Shown: positions 1 to 10,060, counted from the stretch's first letter. The stretch: DNA of 64,000 nucleotides from Rickettsiales bacterium (GCA_947442475.1 CANEVP010000001.1:2607-66606); one strand, 5' to 3'. Program-made: numbers and translations. Notes: a model not told the origin generated them from the letters alone.

Positions 1-2004
1 GATAAAGAGTTTTGATAATCAAGCTCGACTTACCGCCACCAGAGATTCCAGATACCGCAGCAAAAATTTTCAAAGGCAGATTCAACGTAACATTTTTCAA
101 GTTGTTGATTGTGGCCCCTTTCAAAGTGATCATTTTTTTTGGATCAATTTTGCGGCGTTTTTTTGGAATTTCGATTTGCTTTTTGCCGCTTAAATATTGA
201 CCGGTAATGCTGTTTGGATCGTTGATTACGTCTTTTGGCAGCCCCGCAGAAATAATTTCACCACCGTGAATTCCGGCTCCCGGACCCACGTCAATCAAAT
301 ATTGTGCTTCACGCATCATCTCTTCGTCATGTTCTACAACAATTACTGAATTTCCTAAATCTCGTAGATTTTTTAGTGTGGTAATTAGCTTGTCGTTATC
401 GGACTGATGCAGGCCAATTGATGGTTCATCAAGTACATAAAGCACGCCAGAAAGTCCCGAACCAATTTGTGAAGCCAAACGAATTCTTTGCGCTTCACCG
501 CCCGACAAAGTTCCGGCTTGGCGATTTACGGTTAAATATTCCAAACCAACATTGCGCAAGAAACCCAAGCGGCGCGTGATTTCTTTAAGCAAGCGTTCAG
601 CAATTTGGCTTTGCATTTTGGTTAGTTGTGCATCCAAAGCGTCAAACCATTCCACTGATCTCTCAACTGACATTTTGCTAACTTCTCCAATGTGCAGGCC
701 AGCGATTTTTACTGACAAAGCCTCGGCGTTCAAGCGGTGGCCGTCACATTCTTCGCAAGTTTTTAGAGTTTGGAATTTTGATAAATCATCGCGCATTGAT
801 TCGCTTTCACTTTCTAAATATCTTTTTTTCAAGCTGTTCATCACGCCTTCGAAAGTCTTTTTAACCTTGATGGCTTTGAGTCCGTCTTCGATTTTAATTT
901 CAACTTCTTCGCCGTTAGTTCCGTAGAAAATTATTTTTTTAACTTCAGGTGAAAGGTTTTTGAAAGGTTCATCTAAACTGAAATCGTAATGCAGAGCCAT
1001 TGCTTGCAAAACCTGCTGGTAGAAGCGTTCTTGCACGCCTTGCCAAACTACGATGGCGCCATTTCTTAAGCTCAAATTTTCATCTTCAACAACCAAATCT
1101 TCGCTAAAATAAAGTTCAGTTCCAAGGCCGTCGCAATGTTTGCAAGCGCCAAACGGAGAGTTGAAGGAAAATAGTCGCGGCTCGATTTCAGAAATTGTAA
1201 AGCCTGAAACCGGGCAAGAAAATTTTTCACTAAAAACCAGCATGTCGCCGGCTTTGTGTTTAGATTTGGTGCCTTCGGGAAGACTTACAATTTCAACGTA
1301 AAGCAAACCTTCGGAAATTTTCAAAGCGGTTTCAACCGAGTCAGCAAGCCTGTTGCCGAGATCGTCAGAAATTACCACGCGATCAATGATGATTTCGATG
1401 TCGTGTTTTTTATTCTTGTCGAGAGAAGGTAAAATTTCGTTTAGATCGTGAACTTTTCCGTCAACTTTAATTCGCTGGAAGCCTTGTTTACGGGCATTCA
1501 TCATCTCTTTGCGATATTCGCCTTTTTGACCGCGAACGATTGGCGCTAGCAAATAAATGCGCGATTTTTTTGGTAGATCGAGAATTTTATCAACCATCAC
1601 CGAAGCAGATTGGCTTTCGATTGGTTGTCCCGTTTCTGGAGAATAAGGTATGCCAACTCTTGCAAACAAAAGACGATAGTGGTCATAAATTTCGGTAACG
1701 GTTCCAACTGTAGAGCGCGGATTGCGTGAAGTGGTTTTTTGGTCAATGGCAATTGAGGGAGAAAGACCAGTAATTGATTCAACGTCGGGTTTGTCTTGCA
1801 TGTCCAAGAACTGACGAGCGTAAGAAGAAAGACTTTCAATGAAGCGGCGCTGACCCTCGGCGTAGATGGTGTCAAAGACCAAAGAAGACTTACCAGAGCC
1901 ACTGAGTCCTGTAACAACAACTAGCTGATTTTTAGGAATTTCGATGCTGACATTTTTAAGATTATGTTCTTTGGCACCGGTGACTTTGATGAATTTTTCT
2001 TCCA
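1..2004 (-). CDS. uvrA: Excinuclease ABC subunit A (UvrA), N-terminal ~668 codons; 3' end lies beyond the window start
   Basis: Own translation of the minus strand from ATG at 2004: MEEKFIKVTGAKEHNLKNVSIEIPKNQLVVVTGLSGSGKSSLVFDTIYAEGQRRFIESLSSYARQFL. This is the canonical UvrA N-terminus with its Walker A. It is absent from the ORF track because it runs off the edge; track ORF 1597..1920 is an out-of-frame shadow. Confidence 0.95.
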
Positions 2005-2078
2005 TGTAGGGTGGGAAATTGAGAATTGAAAAAGTGAAGGGCGGATTGTTAATTCATTGCTTCGTAATTATGAAGCAG

Positions 2079-2112
2079 AAAAAAGCCCGCCATGGTTTTT
2101 TCCATGGCGGGC
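2079..2112 (-). terminator. Rho-independent terminator (minus strand) between the pstS-like gene region and the uvrA promoter
   Basis: Perfect 11-bp stem gcccgccatgg/ccatggcgggc (2085-2095 / 2102-2112). An A-run at 2079-2084 gives a U-tract on the minus strand. Confidence 0.7.
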
Positions 2113-2343
2113 AATTGTGAGAAGAAGAATGTCGCTAGCGATAAACTCCCCATCTGGTTCAAGAAAAAGATACGTATCTTTAGGTCAAATTACATAACCA
2201 TGGATAACGTAACTAACACGATCAATGGAATGAATACCATGGTTAGTTGCGATGTTTATGGTTAAAGACGAGAGATCTATCACAAAGGCGGATTGCCTAA
2301 AAGCTTCCGCCCAAGCAAACGACTTCTAAACACTAGCACGAAA

Positions 2344-3381
2344 TCAATTAAGACTTTGCGCTACCTCACCTTGCACTTTTTTAAGTTCTAAATCAGTGAG
2401 AGGGATGAGACCTTTTTGCAACAAGTAGCCATCATTTCCGATGGTGTTTTTGCTGATAATTTCTTGGATAAATTCGGCCATTCCGGCGATCAAATTTAGA
2501 TGTTCTTTTTTGAAATAGATGAAAAGCGGGCGTGAAACTGAATAAGTGCCAGACACAATATTATCAAAGCTTGGAGTCACTTGATTAATTATTGCCGGCT
2601 GAATCGTGTCGTGATTTTCTTCAAGAAAAGAAAAGCCAAAAATTCCTAAAGCGTCAGGATCATTTTTTAGTTTTTGCACGATCAAATTATCGTTTTCTCC
2701 GGCTTCAATAAATTTCTCGTCGCTTCTGATTACGTGACATTTTTTCTTTCTGGTTTTGGCATCAGGAAAAGCAGCGACAAATTCTGGCAAATCTTTGCAG
2801 GCATCTTCCATCACTAGCTCAACAAAAGCGTCGCGAGTTCCTGAAGTTGTTGGCGGGCCATAAATTGCGATGTTAATTTTTGGTAGCGAAGCATCAATGT
2901 CGCTCCATTTTTGGTAAGGATTGGCAACTAACTCGCCGCCATTTTTTGCTGGAACTTTTTCGGCAAGCGCCAAGAAGACTTGTTTTTTTGTTAGATAATA
3001 TTTTTTGCCAGCAACTGAGTTGGCTAGCACAATTCCGTCGTAGCCGATTTTGATTTCGACAAGTTCTTTGACGCCATTTTCAGCGCATTTTTTTATTTCA
3101 CTTGGTTCAATGCGGCGCGAAGCATTAGAAAAGTCTGGATAGTTAAAGCCAACGCCCGAGCAGAAAAGCTTAAAGCCGCCGCCAGTTCCGGTTGATTCAA
3201 TGATGGGAGTTTTAAATTTAGTGTCGCGGCCAAAAGTTTCGGCAATTACCGCGGTAAATGGATAAACGGTTGAAGAGCCAACAACCTGAAGATGGCCTCT
3301 TTTTTGCGCTTCAAATGAAAAGGCTAAGACCGAAGAAGAGAAAGTTAAAAACAGGGTAACGAGAGATAAAAATCGCAACAT
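2344..3381 (-). CDS. Phosphate-binding periplasmic protein (PstS/PBP family), signal peptide present
   Basis: N-terminal signal peptide MLRFLSLVTLFLTFSSSVLA, then GSSTVYPF...TGTGGGFKLFC, typical of PstS-family substrate-binding proteins. No pstCAB genes are adjacent. Confidence 0.75.
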   Translation of the reverse strand: MLRFLSLVTLFLTFSSSVLAFSFEAQKRGHLQVVGSSTVYPFTAVIAETFGRDTKFKTPIIESTGTGGGFKLFCSGVGFNYPDFSNASRRIEPSEIKKCAENGVKELVEIKIGYDGIVLANSVAGKKYYLTKKQVFLALAEKVPAKNGGELVANPYQKWSDIDASLPKINIAIYGPPTTSGTRDAFVELVMEDACKDLPEFVAAFPDAKTRKKKCHVIRSDEKFIEAGENDNLIVQKLKNDPDALGIFGFSFLEENHDTIQPAIINQVTPSFDNIVSGTYSVSRPLFIYFKKEHLNLIAGMAEFIQEIISKNTIGNDGYLLQKGLIPLTDLELKKVQGEVAQSLN

Positions 3382-3500
3382 AGCCGTTTGAATTTGTTAT
3401 TATGTCTGACCTGAACGGATAAGTCGCTGTAGCAGCGCGCGGCATGCTTGGGATTTTTTTTAAGAAGTCAAATTGTTAGTTATTAATCCTTTTGAAATGC

Positions 3501-4547
3501 TTAGTAAGTTTTAAACATTTCTCTCATTTTCTTAATATCGTCAGTTTTGGTCAAAGCCAGCATGGTAAGAATTCGGGCTTTTTTTGGATTTAAATTATCT
3601 GCCACCACAAAACCGAGTTCACTATCATTAATTTCAATATCTTGCTCAACGATGCCAGCACCCAGATGGGCGCTGCGCACGACTACAATTCCTTTTTTGG
3701 CGGCATCGGCAAGTTTTTTTACGGTATCTCTGTTGATGTTGCCATCGCCAACTCCGGCAACGACAATTCCTTTAACGTCAGATTCAATTAAGAAATCAAC
3801 AATTGCTGGATCAAATCCCGCGTAAGCGTAGATGATTTCAACCTTTGGCAAAGTGTCTAATTTTTTTACATGAAAAATAGTCTTATCGGTGTGAGTTCGC
3901 AAAGGGCTGTAATAGAATCGAACGTCTCCATAAATAACTGATCCAATCGCGCCAGAATTAAGAGATTTAAAGGCTGAAGTGTTAGTGGTATTGGTTTTTG
4001 ATACATCGCGCGCCGCGTGAATTTCGTCATTTAGCATCACCAATACACCTTTGTCATAAGCGCTGTCAGAAGCGGCAACTGAAATGGCGTTATAAAGGTT
4101 TAATGCGCCATCTCCGCTAAGAGAAGTTGACGGGCGCATTGACCCAACTATTACCACCGGCTTTTTACTTTTGACGGTTAGATTTAGAAAATATGCAGTT
4201 TCTTCTATTGTGTCGGTACCGTGAGCAATAATTACCCCATCAACTGAGCGCTTGGACAATTCTTTGTTAACTTTTTCAGCAATTGTAAGCCAAGTTTTAT
4301 CGGTCATATTCTCGCTGCCAACTTGCATAAGTTGCTCAACTTGAACATTAGCAATTTTATCAATTCCGGGAATATTTTTTATCACCTTATCAATTCCAAC
4401 TTTTGCTGCCGAATATTTTATGCCAACCGCAGAATCGCCAACTCCTCCAATAGTTCCGCCCGTGCCAATCACAACAATATTTTTGGCATTAGCGCCACTG
4501 CAATAAGCGCATATCAATGTTGCGAGAAACAGTTTTGTGATTTTCAT
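3501..4547 (-). CDS. ansB: L-asparaginase, type II (periplasmic)
   Basis: Signal peptide MKITKLFLATLICAYCSGANA. Catalytic motifs GTGGTIGG and HGTDTIEETAYFLNL. 348 aa. Confidence 0.9.
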   Translation of the reverse strand: MKITKLFLATLICAYCSGANAKNIVVIGTGGTIGGVGDSAVGIKYSAAKVGIDKVIKNIPGIDKIANVQVEQLMQVGSENMTDKTWLTIAEKVNKELSKRSVDGVIIAHGTDTIEETAYFLNLTVKSKKPVVIVGSMRPSTSLSGDGALNLYNAISVAASDSAYDKGVLVMLNDEIHAARDVSKTNTTNTSAFKSLNSGAIGSVIYGDVRFYYSPLRTHTDKTIFHVKKLDTLPKVEIIYAYAGFDPAIVDFLIESDVKGIVVAGVGDGNINRDTVKKLADAAKKGIVVVRSAHLGAGIVEQDIEINDSELGFVVADNLNPKKARILTMLALTKTDDIKKMREMFKTY

Positions 4548-5609
4548 TTTATGAAAGTTTGTTTGAAATTAATTTTGTCCAAATATTTCGGATGAATTTT
4601 TGAAATAACTTCTTTTGTTTGCTCGATTGAGCCAGTTACTTCAGAATCAACTTTTACTTCATTTAAGCATTTAGTTGGAACTGATTTTTTTCTAGTTTTG
4701 TATTCAAGTTTTTTCAAATTTGTTGAGATATCTTCGTAGATTTTGTCTGAAAAAATCGCTCCCTGAGTTAAAAATATAGCATTTTTATTACCATTTTTTC
4801 TGAAGAAATTTTCAATCTTATCTTTGTAAAGAGGGTAGTGAGTGCAAAATAACCCAACCACCGTAACCTTTGAAAAATCGCTGCCGATCTGTTGTTGAAA
4901 GATTTCCAAATCTTTCAGAATTTCAACATCTGCAACATTTTGCGGCGCTCCGCTTTCAATATTTTTTACCCAATTTGGCGGAGAGTAATCGTAAATTTTT
5001 ACCTCAGAATTTTTATCCGCAAAACTCTGTGAGAGTCTGGTTTGGTAAGCTCCGCTTTTAATTGTTGCTGGAGTTGCCATTAGGGCAACATAGTTACTAT
5101 TTTTTTTTCGATTTCAAAGTTTCGTCAACCATCGCCTTCGCGCTTTCTTCAATCATGGTTATGATATTGAGATTGGGATATTCTTCTCTGAAATAATTGC
5201 GCATTTTTTCATCATAAACTGTCGATGCAGTGTTGCATGCAAGAACGAGACTATTGGTGTTTGGAATTCTGGCTAAATATTCGAGAAGATTCTGTGTCAG
5301 ATTTCTGATTTCTTCTGGTTTTTTGCTACCGTAGGGTGCATTTTTATTATCACCTAAGTGGTTAAAAACAAACTTAACTGCGTAGCGTGATTCAAGATTT
5401 TTTAGTTTATCATCCAGCTCTTTTTTAACGTCGAGAGCAAATATTAAACCACCAACGCCCGAATCACCAAATCCAACTCGATATTCTTTGTCGTCTGCAA
5501 TTTGTGATGAATATTTCTCGCAATCATTTTCTGCCCAAGAATTGCGGGCAGAAAATGACAGAAGAAAAAATAAAAATAAAATTTTTTTCATGAACTGATT
5601 TAGAATCAT
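4544..5609 (-). pseudogene. Asp/Glu racemase (MurI-type) with N-terminal signal peptide, split into two ORFs (5097..5609 and 4544..5080) by a frameshift at an A9 run. Either a true pseudogene or phase-variable gene, or a homopolymer sequencing error.
   Basis: N-half has GDSGVGGL and LACNTAST. C-half has ATPATIKSGAY and LFCTHYPL. Removing one A from the run at 5100-5108 reads ...KKNSNYVALMATPATIKSGAY in a single frame. Confidence 0.8.
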
Positions 5610-6391
5610 TTTTGATTTTGTTTTTGTTCTGGTGCGACTTGCTTGCCTTTAGTATTTGAAGGGCTTCTTGCAGTGTTATTGACAAAACTTGTTGAGCCGC
5701 TTGATGTTATAAAATATACAAAATCAGTTTCTAAATGAGCTGTATCTTCGGGAATGCCGTTCGGATAAGCAATTGATGATGCCGCATCTATACCAGTTGA
5801 TGCATATTGATATCCCGCAAATGAAAGTTTCTGCCCAGTATCTTGATTTAGCAGATCAGATAATCTGTTAAATTTTTCATTCTCTGAATCAATTTTAACC
5901 CTTTCCTCAAATTTGCTTTTTAACTTACCAAATACACCGCTTACTGCATTAACATAGTCTTGGGCGCTGGTAACACAGGTATAAAGATTATTCGCATTGT
6001 TATTATAAACATAATCACGCTCAAGCATGGCTAAATCGTTAAAATGAAGAGTCACAGAAGCTTTAGAATCTTTTTCCAGAATCTTTTCTAAAGCTGCAAC
6101 AGTGTTGAAAGGGTTTATCGTATATTCCACGAGTCCGAGTTTGCTAGGATCAACCAAGTGACTGCCCTTTCCGGTACCTTTTTCGGTTGCTTCAAAATCG
6201 GCTGGAGTTATTACAACGTGAAAATCTTTGTCTTTTTTGTAAACTCCCATTTTCACCTCATGATCTATGCCAACGCCTTCTTGAGTGCCTTTTGGGTTGA
6301 CGCGATAGGGTTGCACGCCTTCGCATTTTTCAGTTTTAACTCTGTGATAAGACATCAAATATTCTTTTGGAAAATACTTGGCTTGTTGCAA
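5606..6391 (-). CDS. Hypothetical protein, first gene of the racemase/asparaginase operon; start uncertain
   Basis: 261-aa ORF with a TTG start in the track. Its stop overlaps the racemase start (ATGA at 5606-5609). I recognise no domain. An out-of-frame 37-codon ORF (6460..6573) upstream could be its true N-terminus. Confidence 0.5.
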   Translation of the reverse strand: MQQAKYFPKEYLMSYHRVKTEKCEGVQPYRVNPKGTQEGVGIDHEVKMGVYKKDKDFHVVITPADFEATEKGTGKGSHLVDPSKLGLVEYTINPFNTVAALEKILEKDSKASVTLHFNDLAMLERDYVYNNNANNLYTCVTSAQDYVNAVSGVFGKLKSKFEERVKIDSENEKFNRLSDLLNQDTGQKLSFAGYQYASTGIDAASSIAYPNGIPEDTAHLETDFVYFITSSGSTSFVNNTARSPSNTKGKQVAPEQKQNQK

Positions 6392-6802
6392 CAGCGTCTC
6401 TTTTACTTGTGGTTGATTTAGGTCGCTCGAAATCTTTTCTATTTCGGATTCATCAACTGCTAGCGCAGCAGATGCCCCATGACAAAATCTGCGTAATTAT
6501 CAGATTTTAGTGTTGGAAGTATTGTTATCATGGTTATTGGTGTACCGCCTTGGGACATAATTTTTTTTGTCATGCTATGAAGAATTTATTTTAAAATGTA
6601 AATACGAGTAACAATTGCAGGTTGTGCCGAAATAATTTCCTGTAAAAAACTTTTCAAGTAAAAAATTAATGCAAAAAATCAGCCTTTGTTTTTTTTGGTA
6701 CAAGCCAAGTGAAATCAGAATTATTACAAAGGTTGAATTCAAAAACGCCGCGAAATAGCTTTTGGCAAATCAACTTCCCGACAATTTCTCTCTCACAAAA
6801 TA

Positions 6803-9097
6803 ATGCAAAAAAACGCCATCAAAACAGCTTTGCTTGCGGCAGTTTTTTTGTCGTTTTTTTGTTGTGGCTCTAGGGTTTTTGCTAAAGAAAATTTTATCAC
6901 GGTGAAAGGAAGCGAGAGGATCGACGAGGATACGATTATTTCTTATTTGGATGTTTCGGGCTTGGCAAAAAAATCACCACAGGCGCTGCAAAATTCGTTA
7001 AAAAAACTTTACGAATCAGACTTATTTTTGGAGTCAAAAATTTATTACCAAGACAAACAAGTTGTTGTTGAGGTGAAAGAAAATCCGATCGTGTCAGATG
7101 TGAAATTTGTCGGAAATAAAAAGATGGAAGATGATGCTCTGCAAGCTGAAGTTTCGTTAAAAAAGCGCGCAATTTTTACTAAAGCAAAATTGCAAAGCGA
7201 CATTAAGCGCATTAGCGAAATCTATCTCAAAAGCGGACGCTTCTTAACTAAAATTGAACCAAAAATTATTCAAAAAGAGCAAAATCGTATTGAGCTAATT
7301 TTTGATATTTTTGAAGGGCCAAAAGCCAAAATTGGCGATCTTTATTTTGTTGGAAATTCGGCTTTTTCTGACGGTGATTTGGTGCAAGAAATTACCACCA
7401 GACAAACGCAGTGGTGGAAATTTCTTTCTTCCGCCGACACTTACGACGCTGATCGCATTGAATTTGACAAAGAAAAACTACGCCGCTTTTACGGTTCAAA
7501 AGGTTTTGCTGATTTTGCGGCAATTTCTTCAATTGCCCAAATTGCCCCGACCAAAGATAAATTTTTTATCACGTTTTTATTGGAAGAAGGCATCAAATAT
7601 GATGTGGGCGAAGTCAATATTGTAAACCATATCGAAAAGTTTGACGAGAAGGTTTTGACCAAAGAAATTTTGATCAAAAGCGGCAAAGTTTTTAATTCAG
7701 AATTGATTGAAAAAACTGTCGATAAAATGACCGAAGTAATGTCGGAAAAAGCCTATGCTTTCGCTCATATTGAACCAGTTTTGAAGCGCAATCGTGAGCA
7801 AAAAATTATCGATATTGATTTTGTAATTAGCGAAACGCCGCGTATTTACATTGATCAAATTATTATCAGTGGAAATACCCGCACGCTTGACGCGGTGATC
7901 CGCCGCGAGCTTAGATTTCGCGAGGGAGACGCTTACAATGTTAACAAAATAAATCGCTCCAAACAACGCCTGCAAAATCTAGGATTTTTTGAAAAAGTTG
8001 ATTTCAACACCAAGAGAATTGGCGAAACTGACAAGGTTGATTTAGAAATTATTGTGAAAGAAAAAAAGACTGGTGAGCTCAACTTAGGTTTGGGTTATTC
8101 GACGGTGAATAGAGTGACAACCAACGCCGGAATTAAAGAGCGCAACTTGTTTGGAACCGGACAAGAAATTGGCTTAAATGTGCAAAAATCTTACAGCAAT
8201 TTTACCGGCGAGATAAACTACACGCGCCCTTATTTCATGGATCATCCTATCGATGTTGGTTTTGATATTTTTCAATATCAGATGAGCAAAAGAAACACGC
8301 TGATTTACGACCAAACTTCTTCGGGAGTTACCTTTCGCGGCGACTACTCAATTACCGAATTTTTAGCGCATCAGCTGCATTATTCTTTAAGTCAGCAATC
8401 GATTGGAAACATTGATTCAAGCGCTTCTGTGGGGATTAAGAATTTGGAAGGAAGTTTTACTAATTCTTCGGTTGGACAGAGTTTTACCTATGACAAAAGA
8501 GACAATCGAATGAATCCAAAAGAAGGTTATTATGTTTCGGTAAGCCAAGATGTATCTGGCTTTGGCGGCGATATTAAAACCATTAAACACGAAGGCTCTT
8601 CGGGATATTATATTCCTGTGATCAATGATGATTTTACGATAAAATTCTTAGCACGTGGTGGCGTGATTGAGGGCATGGGGCAAGGGGTTCGCAGTAACTA
8701 CGGCTTCTTCTTGGGCGGTAACAACTTTCGCGGTTTCAACTATGCTGGTATCGGGCCGCGCACAATCACAAATGGCAGCGCTAAAGGCGGTAGCGCGATT
8801 GGCGGTAAAGTTTATTACGTGGGAACAGCAGAATTGCGCTTTCCTCTAGGCTTGCCAAAAGAGTTAGGAATTAATGGTATTCTCTTTAGCGACAATGGTA
8901 CGGTAAAAGGTGTTGACCCAATCAGCAAAAAAAGCACCGATGTTGCAGATTCAGGGTCACTACGTTCGTCCTACGGCATCAGTATTGCATGGGCCTCGCC
9001 AATGGGCCCGATTCGTCTTGATTTTGCTAAAATTGTGAAGCGCGAGCTTTATGATCAAACGCAAAATTTCAGATTTAGTTTTGGAACTAGTTTTTAA
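6803..9097 (+). CDS. bamA: Outer membrane protein assembly factor BamA (Omp85)
   Basis: 764 aa with a signal peptide, POTRA-like repeats and a C-terminal beta-barrel ending ...FRFSFGTSF. Confidence 0.9.
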   Translation: MQKNAIKTALLAAVFLSFFCCGSRVFAKENFITVKGSERIDEDTIISYLDVSGLAKKSPQALQNSLKKLYESDLFLESKIYYQDKQVVVEVKENPIVSDVKFVGNKKMEDDALQAEVSLKKRAIFTKAKLQSDIKRISEIYLKSGRFLTKIEPKIIQKEQNRIELIFDIFEGPKAKIGDLYFVGNSAFSDGDLVQEITTRQTQWWKFLSSADTYDADRIEFDKEKLRRFYGSKGFADFAAISSIAQIAPTKDKFFITFLLEEGIKYDVGEVNIVNHIEKFDEKVLTKEILIKSGKVFNSELIEKTVDKMTEVMSEKAYAFAHIEPVLKRNREQKIIDIDFVISETPRIYIDQIIISGNTRTLDAVIRRELRFREGDAYNVNKINRSKQRLQNLGFFEKVDFNTKRIGETDKVDLEIIVKEKKTGELNLGLGYSTVNRVTTNAGIKERNLFGTGQEIGLNVQKSYSNFTGEINYTRPYFMDHPIDVGFDIFQYQMSKRNTLIYDQTSSGVTFRGDYSITEFLAHQLHYSLSQQSIGNIDSSASVGIKNLEGSFTNSSVGQSFTYDKRDNRMNPKEGYYVSVSQDVSGFGGDIKTIKHEGSSGYYIPVINDDFTIKFLARGGVIEGMGQGVRSNYGFFLGGNNFRGFNYAGIGPRTITNGSAKGGSAIGGKVYYVGTAELRFPLGLPKELGINGILFSDNGTVKGVDPISKKSTDVADSGSLRSSYGISIAWASPMGPIRLDFAKIVKRELYDQTQNFRFSFGTSF

Positions 9098-9112
9098 AAA
9101 AAGGAAAAAACC

Positions 9113-10060
9113 ATGATCAGAATTTTCCAACTTCCAGAATATTTTCAGGAAAAAGTTTTTACCCTAAAAGATGCAGAAAGGCTTGATAATGCTGTGTGGA
9201 TCGACCTGCAAAATCCGACAATTGCTGAAATAAAAGAAGTAGAAGAATTTTACAAAATCACTTTTCCAACGCGCCAACAACAAGAAGAAATCGAGGCCAG
9301 CTCGCGCTATTTAGAAAATTCTGGCATGATTAAAATCAACTCAACATTCATTAGTTTGGCCTCGCACGGCAAGCTCGAAGAAAGCGAAGTTTCTTTTATC
9401 GTTACTGAAAAAATGCTCTTCAGCTTGCGCTATTCTGAAAGCAAAGTGATCGTTGAAACTATCAAAAAGATAAAACAATTTCCGGCAATTTTTGCCAACC
9501 CTTCAAAAATTTTCATCGCAATTTTAGAGGCGCGCGTTGATTTCGACGCCGATTTGATTGAGTCGGTTTCAAAATATACCGCCGAAATCAGCAGAAAAAT
9601 TAATTATAATCAAAATCTCGACGAGAAGATGATTTTGAAAATTAACGAATGCCAAGAATTAACCATGAGCCTGCGCGAAGCTTTATTTGACAAACAGCGC
9701 GTGATTTCTTTGTTGCATCGTAACGAAGATTTAATGGTCGAAAATTATCACAGATTGCGCATCATCATCAAAGATATCACATCACTTATCGAGCACGCCA
9801 ATTTCAACTTTGCACGTCTAGAATATCTGCAAAACAGCTTTTTGGGTTTGATTAATATCGAGCAAAACAAGGTGATTAAAATCTTTACTGTAGCCTCTTT
9901 GATCTTCATGCCGCCAACTTTGATCGCGAGCATTTACGGCATGAACTTCAACAAAATGCCGGAACTCGGCTGGTCGCTTGGATACCCTTTGGCGATTGCG
10001 TTAATGACCGCGTCTTCAGTTGCGACGATTTGGATTTTTAAGCGGAAGAAGTGGCTGTAG
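9113..10060 (+). CDS. corA: Magnesium/cobalt transporter CorA
   Basis: 315 aa with the YGMNF signature followed by two C-terminal TM helices. Confidence 0.9.
   Translation: MIRIFQLPEYFQEKVFTLKDAERLDNAVWIDLQNPTIAEIKEVEEFYKITFPTRQQQEEIEASSRYLENSGMIKINSTFISLASHGKLEESEVSFIVTEKMLFSLRYSESKVIVETIKKIKQFPAIFANPSKIFIAILEARVDFDADLIESVSKYTAEISRKINYNQNLDEKMILKINECQELTMSLREALFDKQRVISLLHRNEDLMVENYHRLRIIIKDITSLIEHANFNFARLEYLQNSFLGLINIEQNKVIKIFTVASLIFMPPTLIASIYGMNFNKMPELGWSLGYPLAIALMTASSVATIWIFKRKKWL

Noticed and set aside
1597-1920. 107-aa minus-strand ORF from the track
   Set aside because: It is out of frame within uvrA. The genuine UvrA frame, translated manually from 2004, covers this region.
2280-2343. 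Possible tmRNA tag-coding piece (GCA AAC GAC = Ala-Asn-Asp, the usual start of alphaproteobacterial tags)
   Set aside because: The frame stops after 4 codons (A-N-D-F-stop). I found no T-arm/CCA acceptor piece and no GGGG 5' acceptor strand nearby on either strand.
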